Positions 1 to 12,519 of a DNA stretch of 64,000 bases are shown in pieces. Below the pieces are notes generated by a model. It saw only the letters and a program-made list of their open reading frames with translations. It did no database searches and was not told the DNA's origin. The number at the start of each line of letters is the position of its first letter. Position 1 is the first letter of the stretch. The DNA comes from Octopus vulgaris (lineage: Eukaryota): contig OX597828.1 in the NCBI GenBank assembly GCA_951406725.2, forward strand, positions 41,106,001 to 41,170,000, given 5' to 3'. Both the position numbers and the translations under genes were made by a program.

Positions 1-697
1 CGACTTTGACTTTCATCTTTTCGGGGTCGATAAATTATGTACCAGTTGCGTACTGGGGTCAATCTAATCAACTAGCCCCCTCCCCTCCCATAATATTTCC
101 GGCCTTATGCCTAGAATAGTAAAGAATATAAATACTCACCCTGAAGATGTGTGGCCTGGTGGTTAGGGTGTTGCACTCAGTGTTTGCAAGATTGTGGTTT
201 CAATTCCCAGACAGGTGGTGTATTGTGTTATAAAACAAAATTCTTCATTTTACGTAGCTCCAGCGCACTCAGCTGTAAACGGGTCACCCTGTGACAGACT
301 GGTGTTCTGTTCAAGAGTGGCATGGCACCTTATGGAACTACACCAATGTGAGAAAGTGCATTGTGGTCAGCAGTGTATAACATTCAATTGTCTGGTTGAT
401 ACAATGATATGCTCAGTACTATATGTACATAGTTTATATATGGCTTCCGTGCTGGTGGCACGTAAAATGCATCAATCCGACCGTGGCCATTGCCAGCCTC
501 GCCTGGCACCTATGCAGGTGGCACATAAAAAGCACCCACTACACTCACGGAGTGGTTGGCGTTAGGAAGGGCATCCAGCTGTAGAAACATTGCCAGATAA
601 GACTGGAGCCTGGGGCAGCCTTCTGGCTTCCCAGATTCCCGGTCGAACCGTCCAACCCATGCTAGCATGGAGAACGGACGTTAAACGATGATGATGA

Positions 698-728
<31 letters not shown>

Positions 729-1232
729 GCACATGGCTTAGTGGTTAGGGTGTTGCTCTCATGATCTAGCGATTGTGATTTCAATTCTTAGACCAAGTGG
801 TATGTTGTGTTCTTGAGCAAAACACTTCATCTCATATTGCTCTGGCAATCACTTCAACACCTGATGCATGGTACACCATACACCTGTTCAGACAACGATG
901 ATTTGATCACAATAAAAACAAATCATTTTGTGCAGATTGTTTGGGAAAAGCTGAACACTCATACGTCATCTCCGATGGGAAAGTCCATCATATAAACACA
1001 TCCATGTTCAAGTTTGTTCTTTTTTATGAGTGATTTTTCTTTCCTTCTTACCTTAGTTCTTCACAATAGCATCCTTAAAGCCATTAACATTCCAAGGTTT
1101 TGTCAGTCTCAGCATCAGTTTGAAATGATAGCAACAGTGGTTTGTAGTTTGTGTTTTGCAGTAGGTTGCAAAGGATCATGGGAATATTGTATCAAATAAA
1201 ATTGTCCACACTGAATTTAAGAATTGAACAAA

Positions 1233-1632
1233 GGTGCAGGAGTGGCTGTGTGGTAAGTAGCTTGCTTACCAACAACATGGTTCTGGGTTCAGTCCCACTG
1301 CATGGCACCTTGGGCAAGCGTCTTCTGCTATAGCCTTGGACCGACCAAAGCCTACTGAGTGGATTTGGTTGAGGGTAACTGAAAGAAGCCCGTCATATAT
1401 GTGTGTGTGTGTGTGTGTGTGTGTATGTATTTGTGTCTATGTTTGTCTTACCTCCCCCTATTATCGCTTGACAACCGATGCTGGTGTGTCTAGGTCCCCG
1501 TAACTTAGCAGTTTGGGAGAAGAAACCAATAGAATAAGTACACAGAATAAGTTCTGGGGTTGATTTGTTCAACTAAAGGCTGTGCTCCAGCATGGCCGCA
1601 GTCAAATGACTGAAACAAATGAAAGAGTAAAG
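1233..1632 (+). mobile_element. tRNA-derived SINE (family 1)
   Basis: A box TGGCTGTGTGG, B box GGTTCAGTCC, internal (TG)n and an AAAGAGT tail. Confidence 0.85.
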
Positions 1633-1696
1633 GTTAAATCTTGGTAAATTTACTTGTTTAGTTTATCTGTGATGTATCTCTTTCGTTTGTAATATA

Positions 1697-1896
1697 CTCT
1701 TACTCTTTTACTTGTTTCAGTCATTTTGACTGCGGCCATGCTGGAGCACCGCCTTTAGTCGATCAAATCGACCCCGGGACTTATTCTTTGTAAGCCTAGT
1801 ACTTATTCTATCGGTCTCTTTTGCCGAACCGCTAAGTGACGGGGATGTAAACACACTAGCATCGGTTGTCAAGCAATGCTAGGGGGACAAACACAG

Positions 1897-1927
<31 letters not shown>

Positions 1928-2100
1928 CATATATATGACAGGCTTCTATCAGTTTACGTCTACCAAATCCACCCACAAGGCATTGGTCGGCCCGGGGCTA
2001 TAGCAGAAGACACTTGCCCAAGATGCCACGCAGTGGGACTGAACCCGGAACCATGTGGTTGGTTAGCAAGCTACTTACCACACAGCCACTCCTGCGCCTA
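1697..2100 (-). mobile_element. tRNA-derived SINE (family 1)
   Basis: Full-length reverse copy. Further copies at ~7718-8075, 9733-10113, 21065-21495 and 60710-61100 (all -). Confidence 0.85.
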
Positions 2101-2293
2101 TATGTGTATGGGTGTACAAAAATCAAGTCTAAAGAGTATATTATGAAATCAATTATTTTAAAACATCATTAAATGTGTTTCAGTGACCATTCATAATCCT
2201 CTACACTCACATCATCAGAGGTTGCTGCACAAAATACAATTCATGTTGTATGTCTCAATATTTATATGTGTCTATCACAATAATCTCTTTTAA

Positions 2294-2739
2294 CCCTTTC
2301 GTTGCTGTATTTATTTTAAGATGTTCTGTATTTCTTTCAATTACTTTAAATATAACAAAGAATTTAGTAAAATGAATTAGTTATCATTAAGCTAATGTTA
2401 GGAACATAAATTGTGACTGAGGTTTGGTGGAAGATTTTAATTCAAAACTTATGGAAACAAGACATTTGTACTATAGAGCCAGAGGCTGTTTCTGCCGGGT
2501 TGGTAACGAAAGGGTTAACCCTTTAGCATTTAAACCGGCTATATCTGGCCATAAGTATTCTGCCTGTTTTATGGTCAAACTGGCCAGATCTTGTCTCTCA
2601 AACCTACCCTACAATATCGTTTTTAAAATTAACAGCTACCTCATCAAAATCTTACAGCTACAATATGATGCATGTTTATTTCAAAACAATGTGGATAAAA
2701 AAGCATTAGTTTTGGCAGAATAATGCAAACACTAAAGGG
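2294..2739. mobile_element. Two tandem piggyBac-type MITEs sharing a TTAA
   Basis: TTAA|CCCTTT...AAAGGG|TTAA|CCCTTT...AAAGGG|TTAA, with units 2294-2514 and 2519-2739. Related copies at ~3836-4060, 4125-4750, 14998-15217, 20618-20748 and 60203-60422. Confidence 0.8.
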
Positions 2740-3089
2740 TTAAACAACTGAAATATATTGATTTCTTTCCATTTTTGCAATAAGCTTAATCAAACAACAG
2801 ATGAATGATAGGTTTTCTTTTCCTGGATATTGTTACTTAGTGTGACTACCCTCTTGTTTCTCCCACCTAATCATCCATTATCATCCAAATTCTATATTCA
2901 TCTCTATTTGACCTTAACAGATACCCCTGTCTGTTGATGCAATCAGTTGCACAAATCCTGTTTACATTTAAAGTATGATAACTGTGTTCTATATTGAGAA
3001 TCACACACACACACACACATGTAAACACCTTCACTCATACAAATATATACACACAAGCTTATAAATTGCCAATTTATATCTCTTTTTAG

Positions 3090-5338
3090 ATTTGTGAAGC
3101 AATTTTAATTCGATTGATAATAAACAAGAGCAGTTGGCCATTCAGACTTCCCGTTGATGAACGACAGGTTTGTTAAGAAAAAAAAAAAGAAGCTTCTTAC
3201 AATACTCTTACATTGAAATTCTGTTTATTTAATTATTCACAAATTATCGTTAGTTGATGTTTTAGAATTCACTCACACACACATGCATGCATGTTGGGGC
3301 CTTGTAAAAAGCATCCAGTATATGCTGTAAAGTGGTTGGCACTAGGAAGGGCATCCAGCCATAGAAAACCATGCCAAAATAGATAACAAAGCTTGTCTCA
3401 GTCCTCTGACTCACCAGCCCCTGTCAAACTGTCCAAACCATGGAAAACAGGCATTATATGGTGATGATGATACCATAAGGATGAGTGTCAGCAAGAGCAT
3501 CTAGCTGTAAAATGTTGCCTTGAATATTATATTCAGTTAATTCATGCTAGCATGGAAAAGCAGACATTAAATCGAATGAACAAACGGATGATGAACCTCC
3601 ATAGAGGTTTCTGTCCACCAAATTTCACTCACAAGGCATTGGTCATCCCAATCCTATAACATGGTTCCCACACAGAAGGACCAAATCTAAAATCTCATCA
3701 TCATAAAATGGACTTCTTTACAACACAGACATAGTTTATATAAATAATATATATAAATATACATTCTAAAAATTAGATTAATCTTCTGGAATATTGACAC
3801 CTTATTCTTATTAAGGTCTATTCAGCACAAACCTTTAACTGTTCAGCATTCAAATTACTCTGTCAGCTGTAATGACTTTTACTCACATTGTTTTGAATTA
3901 ATCATGCATTATCTTGTAGCTTTGGCATCTCTATAATATGGTTATATATTTTTAGACTGATATTGTAGGGTAGGTGTGAGAGGCCAGGTCTGGTTAGTTT
4001 GAACATAAAACAAGGAGAATATTTGAGGCTTGATATGGCTGGTTTAAATGCTAAAGGTTGAATAAGATTAGTTCAACTTACAGAGTATTGTGTTTATCTG
4101 GGATTTAAAGTTTTTATAACTTAACCCTTTAGCATTTAAACTGGCCATATCTGACCAAAATACTCTACTTGCTTTATGTTAGAACTGGCCAAATCCGGCC
4201 CCTCACTTGTACCCTACAATGTCATTCTAAAAATAAATTACCATATCATCAAATATATGAAGCTACAAGATAATTCATGATTAATTCAAAACAATGTTAA
4301 TAAATAAGCACTGTCCCTGTAACTTAGCGGTTCATCAAAAAACCAATAGAATAATTACTAGACTTAAGAAATAAGTCCTGGGGTCGATTTATCAAATGAC
4401 TGAAACAAGTAAAAGAATAAAAGAAATAATATATATATATATATATATAAAAGCATCCAGTCGACAGTTGTAAAGTGGTTGGCATTTGGAAGGGCATCCA
4501 ACTGTAAAAACTGCCAAAACTGACCTCACCTGTGCTCGTGCCATGTAAAAAGCACTCAGGCCACTCTGTTGGGTGGTTGGTGTTAGGAGGAGCATCCAAG
4601 CATAAAAAACCCCAGCCAAAACAGAGACAGACGTCTGGTGCAGCCTTCTGCATGGCCAGCTCCTTACAAACCATCCAACCCATGCCAGCATGGAAGACAG
4701 ACAAACAAAGATGATGAGGATTTAACAGAACAATCTGAATGCTAAAGGATTAATACATTCTTCTTCTTCTCAGTAAATTGCCAAATGATCTTTCTTTATT
4801 TGTCTCCTTTTCTATTCAGGTCCCTGATTATTACGAATTAATTGCCAACCCAATTGACCTTCGAACGATAAAACATAAAGTTGTGGATGCAGAATATAAA
4901 TACACTGAAAATTTTGTTGAAGATCTATCACTCATGTTCCGAAATTGTGCCATTTATAATTCAGTAAGGTTCATTCTTTCTTTCTTTCTTTCCTATTTTT
5001 CTCTCCCTCCTCTTTACTCATCTCCCATATCTGTTGATATCACACATACTAGACACTCCCGCATATATGTATATATGTACCCATGCACACACTTATGATT
5101 ACGGGCTCGTGGGTGCTGGTGCTACATAAATTGCACTTGTACAGGTGCCATGTGAACATACCGATGCCGGTGTTGCATAAAAACACCCAATACACACAGT
5201 AAAGTGGTTGGCGTTAGGAAGAGCATCCAGCTGTAGAAACCATGCCAAAACAGACACAGAACCTGGGCAGTTCTTCAACTGGCCTGCTCCTGTCAAACCG
5301 TCCAACCCATGCCAGCATGGAAAACAGATGTTGAATGA

Positions 5339-5374
<36 letters not shown>

Positions 5375-6074
5375 AATAATATATAAATATATGCATATAT
5401 ACATACATATATGTACATACCTATGCGGAGTAGATAAAGCAGGGGACAACTGATGAAGGGAATGTTCTTTATGTTGCATATTTCGTTTCTCTGTTTTTTA
5501 CACACACATATATATATATGACTGGCTTCTTCCTTTGGTCTACTATATCCACTCACAAGGCTTCAGTTTGCCCGAGGCTATAGTTGAACACACACTTACC
5601 CAAGGTGCCACGCAGTAGGATTGAAACCAGAACCATGAGGTTGGGAAAGCAAAGTTCTTACTGATGGGTTTCTTGCAGTTTTCATCTCCCAGATTCACTC
5701 GCAAGACAATGCTTGGCCCTGGACTGTTGTGGAAGACACTTATTGTGCCATGCTGTGGGACTGAACCTGAAAGCATGGGGTTGTGAAGTTCACTTCTTAA
5801 CCACTCAACCATGCCTCTGCTCTTCTCCCCCACCACACCCCTCATCCTTTTTGTTCCATTGATGGTAATCAGTATCTCTCTAAAACCTTTCTCTTTCTCG
5901 TTGCAGGTCGACAGTGAAGTTTACCGATGCATGGTTCTGCTGGAAAAACAGTTCATCAATCTATTATCGAAATTCCTGCCCCAATACCCATACAGCCGAA
6001 AGAAAAGTACAAATGGATATACTGACCAAGCATACACCTGTTATGGTACACGAAAAAGGGGCCATTGTATATAA
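3090..6074 (+). CDS. BAZ1B: 3' end (last three exons) of a BAZ1B/WSTF-like bromodomain chromatin-remodelling protein; 5' part lies left of the window
   Basis: Phase-0 AG/GT-bounded exons 3090-3167 (ICEAILIRLIINKSSWPFRLPVDERQ), 4820-4963 (VPDYYELIANPIDLRTI...MFRNCAIYNS) and 5907-6074 (VDSEVYRCMVLLEKQFINLLSKFLPQYPYSRKK...stop) join into one bromodomain with WPF, PDYY, P-D-L and YN motifs. The tail LLSKFLPQYPYSRKK resembles WSTF LLHKHLPGHPYVRRK (recalled, not searched). Confidence 0.85.
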
Positions 6075-6363
6075 AATGAAAGAAAGAAAAAATATTCAAA
6101 AAAATCAACTCCAAAGTAAATAATAATAATAAAAAAAAATGGTCTGAGGTGTGGATTTTGCCCAAAAATAAAAGAATTCATTTGTCACTCATTGTTCCAT
6201 TACACACAAACAATCTTCTTGTGACCCTGTTTCACCTTCTCACCCTGTAAAAGAATACTTCAACACATCATTGCTGCATTTTCTAATTTTTTGGCATGTC
6301 GATATGTTTGTGCGCATGTGTATGTGTGTATGTATATATATAGATTCACACATACATAAATAA

Positions 6364-6396
<33 letters not shown>

Positions 6397-6484
6397 TCTT
6401 AATGCAAGAGTTGTAATGATATATAAAAATATATTTTACATAGTGCAAACATTATCTAATATAGAACTCAATACATTGGGTAGA

Positions 6485-6525
6485 GTATATATGTGTGTGT
6501 TTGGGTATGTATATATGTATTATGC

Positions 6526-6579
<54 letters not shown>

Positions 6580-6650
6580 ATATATGTTTGTGTGTACATA
6601 TATATGTGTGTGTGTGTGTGTATATATATATGTTTGTGTGTACATATATA

Positions 6651-6681
<31 letters not shown>

Positions 6682-6695
6682 GCATATGTATTTAT
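6485..6695. repeat. (TA)n(TG)n compound microsatellite
   Basis: Direct inspection. A higher-order block is repeated about three times. Confidence 0.9.
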
Positions 6696-7684
6696 ATTAG
6701 TACACATGCTTAAAGAGATAGACTGTGATTGAAAAGTTTCTTTAGCATTAATATAAACCAGTTAACAACAGGTTTTTTTTTTGAGCTTCTTAATGTACAT
6801 CTTGTTTCCCGCTCTTTCCATTTCTCTTTCACATTTCTTACCTACCCCTACATGATAGCCTTCATCCCTCCCTCCATACACACACACACACACACACACC
6901 AGAATTCACTAATCCACACCAACTGCCATGGCTCAGGGATTCCAGGATAGCTGGTCTACCGCCCTGCTGTTTTTACTGGCAGCTGTCCAGACCACTCTGT
7001 GCAGTTGGTATACCTGGACAATTGAACAGGTTTTTTTCTTCTTCGTGTTTTGCCATTTTTAGGACAATGGAAAATTTTCTCATCTTTTGTTAATGACATC
7101 TTTCTAAAATACATAATACACATATGTACACATAATGGAAAATGGATGTTAAATGATGATGATGATGTGTGTGTATGTATATATCATCATCATCATCGTT
7201 TAACATCCATCTTCCATGCATGCATGGGTAGGATGGTTGATAGGAGCAGGCCAAGTAGAAAATTACCTTAGGCTACTGTGTCTGTTTTGGCAGGCTTTTT
7301 ACGGCTGGATGCCCTTCCTAACGCCAACCACTCTGCAGTATACTGTTATATATAGTATACTGTTATATATAGTACACTGTTCTGCAAAGGTAAGATCAAC
7401 AAAAAAAAGTACTCCAGCTGATGAGAGATAAATATTGCTTAATGAATACAGCATATAGTTTTATGAGCCACGCACTTTTATACGATGAAAACAACGCAGA
7501 CAGTATTTTCTGACACATTTGGTGCTTTCATGCAATCTTCAGGCTATGGTTGTTGTATATGCCATGTGAGCATAGCCTGAAGATTGCATGAAGGCACCAG
7601 ACATGTTATAAAATGCTGTGTTGTTTTCATCACATGAAACTATTATTAGTAGCTCATAAAAATATATATTGTGTTTATCAAACA

Positions 7685-7716
<32 letters not shown>

Positions 7717-8636
7717 TATACTCTTTTACTTGTTTCAGTCATTTGGCTGAGCCCATTCTGGAGCACCACCTTTAGTCGAGCAAATCGACCCCAGGACTTA
7801 TTCTTTGTAAGCCTAGTACTTAGTCTATCGGGGACATAAACACACCAGCACCAGTTGTCAAGTGATGTTGTGGGGACAAACACAGACATATACATTCACA
7901 CATACATATACATATATACAATGGGATTCTTTCGGTTTCCGTCTACCAAATCCACTCACAAGGCTTTGGTTGGCCCGAGGCTATAGTAGAAGACACTTGC
8001 CCAAGGTGCCACACAGTGGGACTGAATCCAGAACCATGTGGTTGGTAAGCAAGCTACTTACCACACAGCCACTACTATATATACCAACTAATATTCACAA
8101 TAACATAGCAAAGATCATATATTGAAAACATGTTAAAAATATAATTTTATATATACCATTTTAAATGCTAAAGGGATTTCTGAATCACCTTGTGTGTGTG
8201 TGTGCATATACATACATACATATATATATATATGATTATAGATATGGTGTGTATATATAATGTATACCCATGTACATATTTTTATATATGTATGTGAATA
8301 TATAGTTATGTGTATATATATATATATATATATATAGACATATACACACACACACATACAAACATACACATACTGTATATACACACATGTAACCATGATA
8401 CATTTTCTGCTGCCCAAATACACACCTGTGCTGTATTATGTATCATAATAATTGCAATCCTGTTAATTCACCATTGTATCTTGATAATGTACCGTATTCT
8501 ATTAACTGTGGTAGAACACTCAACCAAACCACTTAAGTACTGAACCACTTTATTTCAGTGGTATTAATAAACTCTTCTACAAACCAAACTGAATAATCTT
8601 TGTCTTCATTATTATTTTTTTTGTCCTTAATTTTTA

Positions 8637-9200
8637 TTGGGTTGTCCAGAAAGTTCATACCGATTTATAGTAGCTTACTTTTCGACTTATTTTAGAACAT
8701 GGTTGAGTCTACATCTCTATTTTACTACACCTCTACTTAGAGCACAGTTTAAGCTATCTTTTTGTGGAAGAAGGTATATGTTCCTATGACCTGTGTTAAT
8801 TCTGTAACCCTTAAAAATGGAAGATAAGAAAGTTCATTTTCGGCACTTGATGCTTTGGGAACCAGATAAAAATTGCTGCAGCTTGGCTGGGATGTGTTAC
8901 CCCACCCTCCATATTCACCAGATATTGCTCCTTCGGATTTCCACTTATTCAGGTCTCTGCAGAATAGTCTTAATGGTAAAAATTTCAATTCCTTGGATGA
9001 CGTAAAAAGATACCTTGATGAATTCTTTGCCCTGAAACCACCTCAATTCTGGGAAGAGGGTATTTTCAAGTTAAAGGAAAGATGGAGACGCATTGTGCAA
9101 AAAAATGGTTCATATTTGGTTGATCAAAAATGTAATGGCAAGTATTTATTGACCTTTTTCTTTCCTTTAAAAATTGGCATGAACTTTCCGGACAACCCAA
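8637..9200 (+). mobile_element. Internally deleted mariner transposon (mellifera-like)
   Basis: TA-flanked TIRs TTGGGTTGTCCAGAAAGTTCAT / ATGAACTTTCCGGACAACCCAA. N-terminus MEDKKVHFRHLMLWE lies next to C-terminus WDVLPHPPYSPDIAPSDFHLFRSLQN. Confidence 0.92.
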
Positions 9201-10115
9201 TACATTTTGCTGTTTTTTAGCTTAAGTTTCAGTCATTGTCTCCACCATTAGTATTATAATTATCATTTGTCATCAACTTTATTATTACTGTCAGCATTCT
9301 TTTTTTTCTTTGTTTGTTTTGTTTATCTGTGGATTCTGAATTATTTTACTGCTCTTCAGATGAGGATCAAATTCTCTCTCAGCATTGTTCTGCGTTTGAG
9401 GATAAACTATTTCCATATCTGTATCTTTCAATAGATCCCAGCACTTCTATAAGCAAACTTTGTCTACATTCATTGTAGTTTGAATTTAATATATATATAT
9501 ATATTAGAAGAAATAAGGTGCTCAGAAGTCTGGATGGTTTTACATTTACAGATTTTTATTATGTCACATGTTTTTATAAATTATATATTAGCGCTTACAT
9601 CTACTCTAGCAGAATCTCCAGAATATATGATTTATAAAAACATGTGACATATTAATACAAATCTGTAAATGTAAAACCATCCAGATTTCTGAGTACCTCA
9701 TTTCTTCTGATATATATATATATATATATTCCTTACTCTTTTACTTGTTTGAGTCATTTGCCTGTGGTCATGCTGGAGCACCACCTTTAGTCAAACAAAT
9801 CAACCCCAGAACTTATTCTTTATAAGCCTAGTACTTATTCTATCAGTCTCTTTTGCCAAACTGCTAAGTTGCAGGGATGTAAACACACCAGCATTAGTTG
9901 TCAAGCGATGGTGGTGGGACAAACACAGACACACACACACATATATACATATGATGGGCTTCTTTCAGTTTCTGCCTACTGAATCCACTCTCAAGGCTTT
10001 GGTCAGCCCAAAGCTATAATAGAAGACACTTGGCGAAGGTGCCACGCAGTGGGACTGAACCTAGAACCATGTAGTCGGTAAGCAAGCTACTTACCATACA
10101 GCCTCTTCTGCATCT

Positions 10116-10597
10116 AATAATAATGAAATTATTGCATACAGTGCTCAGGTGCACACAATGTACAAATGTCTGGGAAGTGAACAGTGTATGAGTCAGATAC
10201 ATGCTTGTGTGTGTATGGAGGGGAGAAAATCAGGTGTAGTGTTGGTGAATCTCAGGAGCATGGAAGTTTTGAAGGATGCAGTGCTCCGACAATTAACAAC
10301 TGATGTCGGCAGTTTGCTCCATGCTTCAGCAGCTCTTAGCGTGGAAAAATGTTTTCGAAAGTCATGGGAGCTGTGCTGTTTTCTGACTTTGTAAACATGT
10401 CCACGGGTGTTAGACAGATGGAGTTTGAAAAGGTGCTCAGAGTTATTGTTTGTAAAATGGTTAATAATTTTATGGGTGTCTGCCAAGTCAGTTGCCAGAT
10501 GTCAGAGTTTCAATGTATCCATGCCCAGGGAAGTAAGGCATTCAGAATATGGCAAATGCCTGATGGAGGGTATTCTCTTGGTTGCATGTTGCTGTAT
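10116..10597 (-). mobile_element. CR1 LINE 3' fragment
   Basis: Encodes the ORF2 C-terminus TRGHVYKV...HFSTLRAAEAWSKLP...FK, followed by the 3' UTR and a (TTA)n tail. Confidence 0.8.
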
Positions 10598-11074
10598 GGC
10601 TTGGATATTTATATATTCATATATATATATATATATATGTTTCACTTGTTTCAGTCGCGTAACTGTGACCAAACTGGAGCACCACCTTGTTAGGTCTTAG
10701 TCAAGCAAATGAACCCTACTTATGTTTTAAAGCCTGGTAATTATTCTATTAGCCTCATTTGCTGAACCCCTATGTTACAAGGGCTGTAAACAAACTGATA
10801 TTAGTTGTCAAGCAGTGGCAAGTGACAAACACGACACACATGCACAGACATATATAATCATCATCGTTTAACATCCATCTTCCATGCATGCATCTTTAGT
10901 GCTTGACCAATTAACCAAAGACATGCTAACATAGATATGTCAACAGAAAAAGAAAAAAAAGGAGAAACAAAAAGGAAAAATAGACACAACCAATTTTTGT
11001 TTATTTCTAAAATATCTTGGTTAAAAAAATAGAAGCAAGTAAAAAAACAAAAGTCAAGTCTTGTTCTGCTGTTT

Positions 11075-12484
11075 CTATCGTGGACACATGGCATGTCTTC
11101 CACCATCAACAGGAAGCAAGGCTCCAGTAATGAAAGAACTGGCATCAGAGGCTAAGAAGGCAATTGCCCTAGAGACTTCATCAACTTGTCCGGCACGTCC
11201 AAGAGCATGGGTTCCTCTCGATTTCTCCAGAAACTGAAAAGAGAATTATTATGGAAATGGTGACCGATGTATGAAATACATGACCAACATACAAAGCTAA
11301 AAGACCAATATGCACACAAACATGCAGTTACATGACTGACACTCAGTTATGTGGCCAAAACATACACGCAGCTATGTGGCCAAAACATACACATAGCTAT
11401 GTGGTCAATACTGAAAATAGCTAAACAATATTTTTAATTTGTCACCTCAATCATCATCATCATCATCATCATCGTTTAATGTCCGCTTTCCATGCTAGCA
11501 TGGATTGGACGATTTGACCGAAGACTGGCGAACCAGATGGCTGCACCAGGCTCCAATCAGATCTGGCAGAGCTTCTAGAGCTGGATGTCCTTCCTAATGC
11601 CAACCATTGCAAGAGTGTAGTGGGTGCTTTTACATACCAACGGCACGAGGGCCAGTCAGGCGGTACTGGCAACGGTCACGCTCAAATGGTGTTTTTTACG
11701 TGCCACCGGCACAGGAGCCAGTCCAGCGGTACTGGCAACGACCTCGCTCGAATGTTTTTTTCACGTGCCAGTGAGGTAGCACTGGTAACGATCACACTCA
11801 AATGGTGCTTTTTACGTGCCACCGGCATGGAAGCCAGTTAGCTGCTCTGGTAAGGATCACACTCAGATGGTGTTCAATGTATATATTAAATTTCTGTAAA
11901 ATAAAGCACTAAAATGACACAACTTAAATAAGCAACCATGTAGGGCCCGGTTTGATGTGAAGCTTAGTTTCAATTATATTACAGATTTCACACAAAAGTC
12001 AATGAATACAACAATTTCTCTCTGCATATGTAGTCAGTATGTTAATGTATTTTGTACCATTAAGTATTATATCAACACATGTGGTCAGTATTTGACAATC
12101 TTCTATACAACTAACCATTGTGCCAAGCAGGACTATAGTAGAAGACAACTGTGTGGCACCTTAAGGAAATGCCTTCTATTTAGGCTGACCAAAGCTTTCT
12201 GAGTGAATTTGGTGGTGGAGACCGGAAAAAATATGGTGTGTGCATGTGTATATACAGGGTGGCTCAAAAGTAGGTTTATAGTTATCACATAGGCACTTTA
12301 AATTACTTTTAAAACATTTTATTACATTTAAATTTCTATCTTACAATTAACTAACTTAACATAGAATAATGGTTTCATATTTTTTTAATAATTAAGATCA
12401 AAACTGTTAATATATGGATGCGAAAGAGATAGTTGAATAACTGTAAACCTACCTTTGGGGCCACTCTGTCTGTGTGTATGTGTG

Positions 12485-12519
<35 letters not shown>

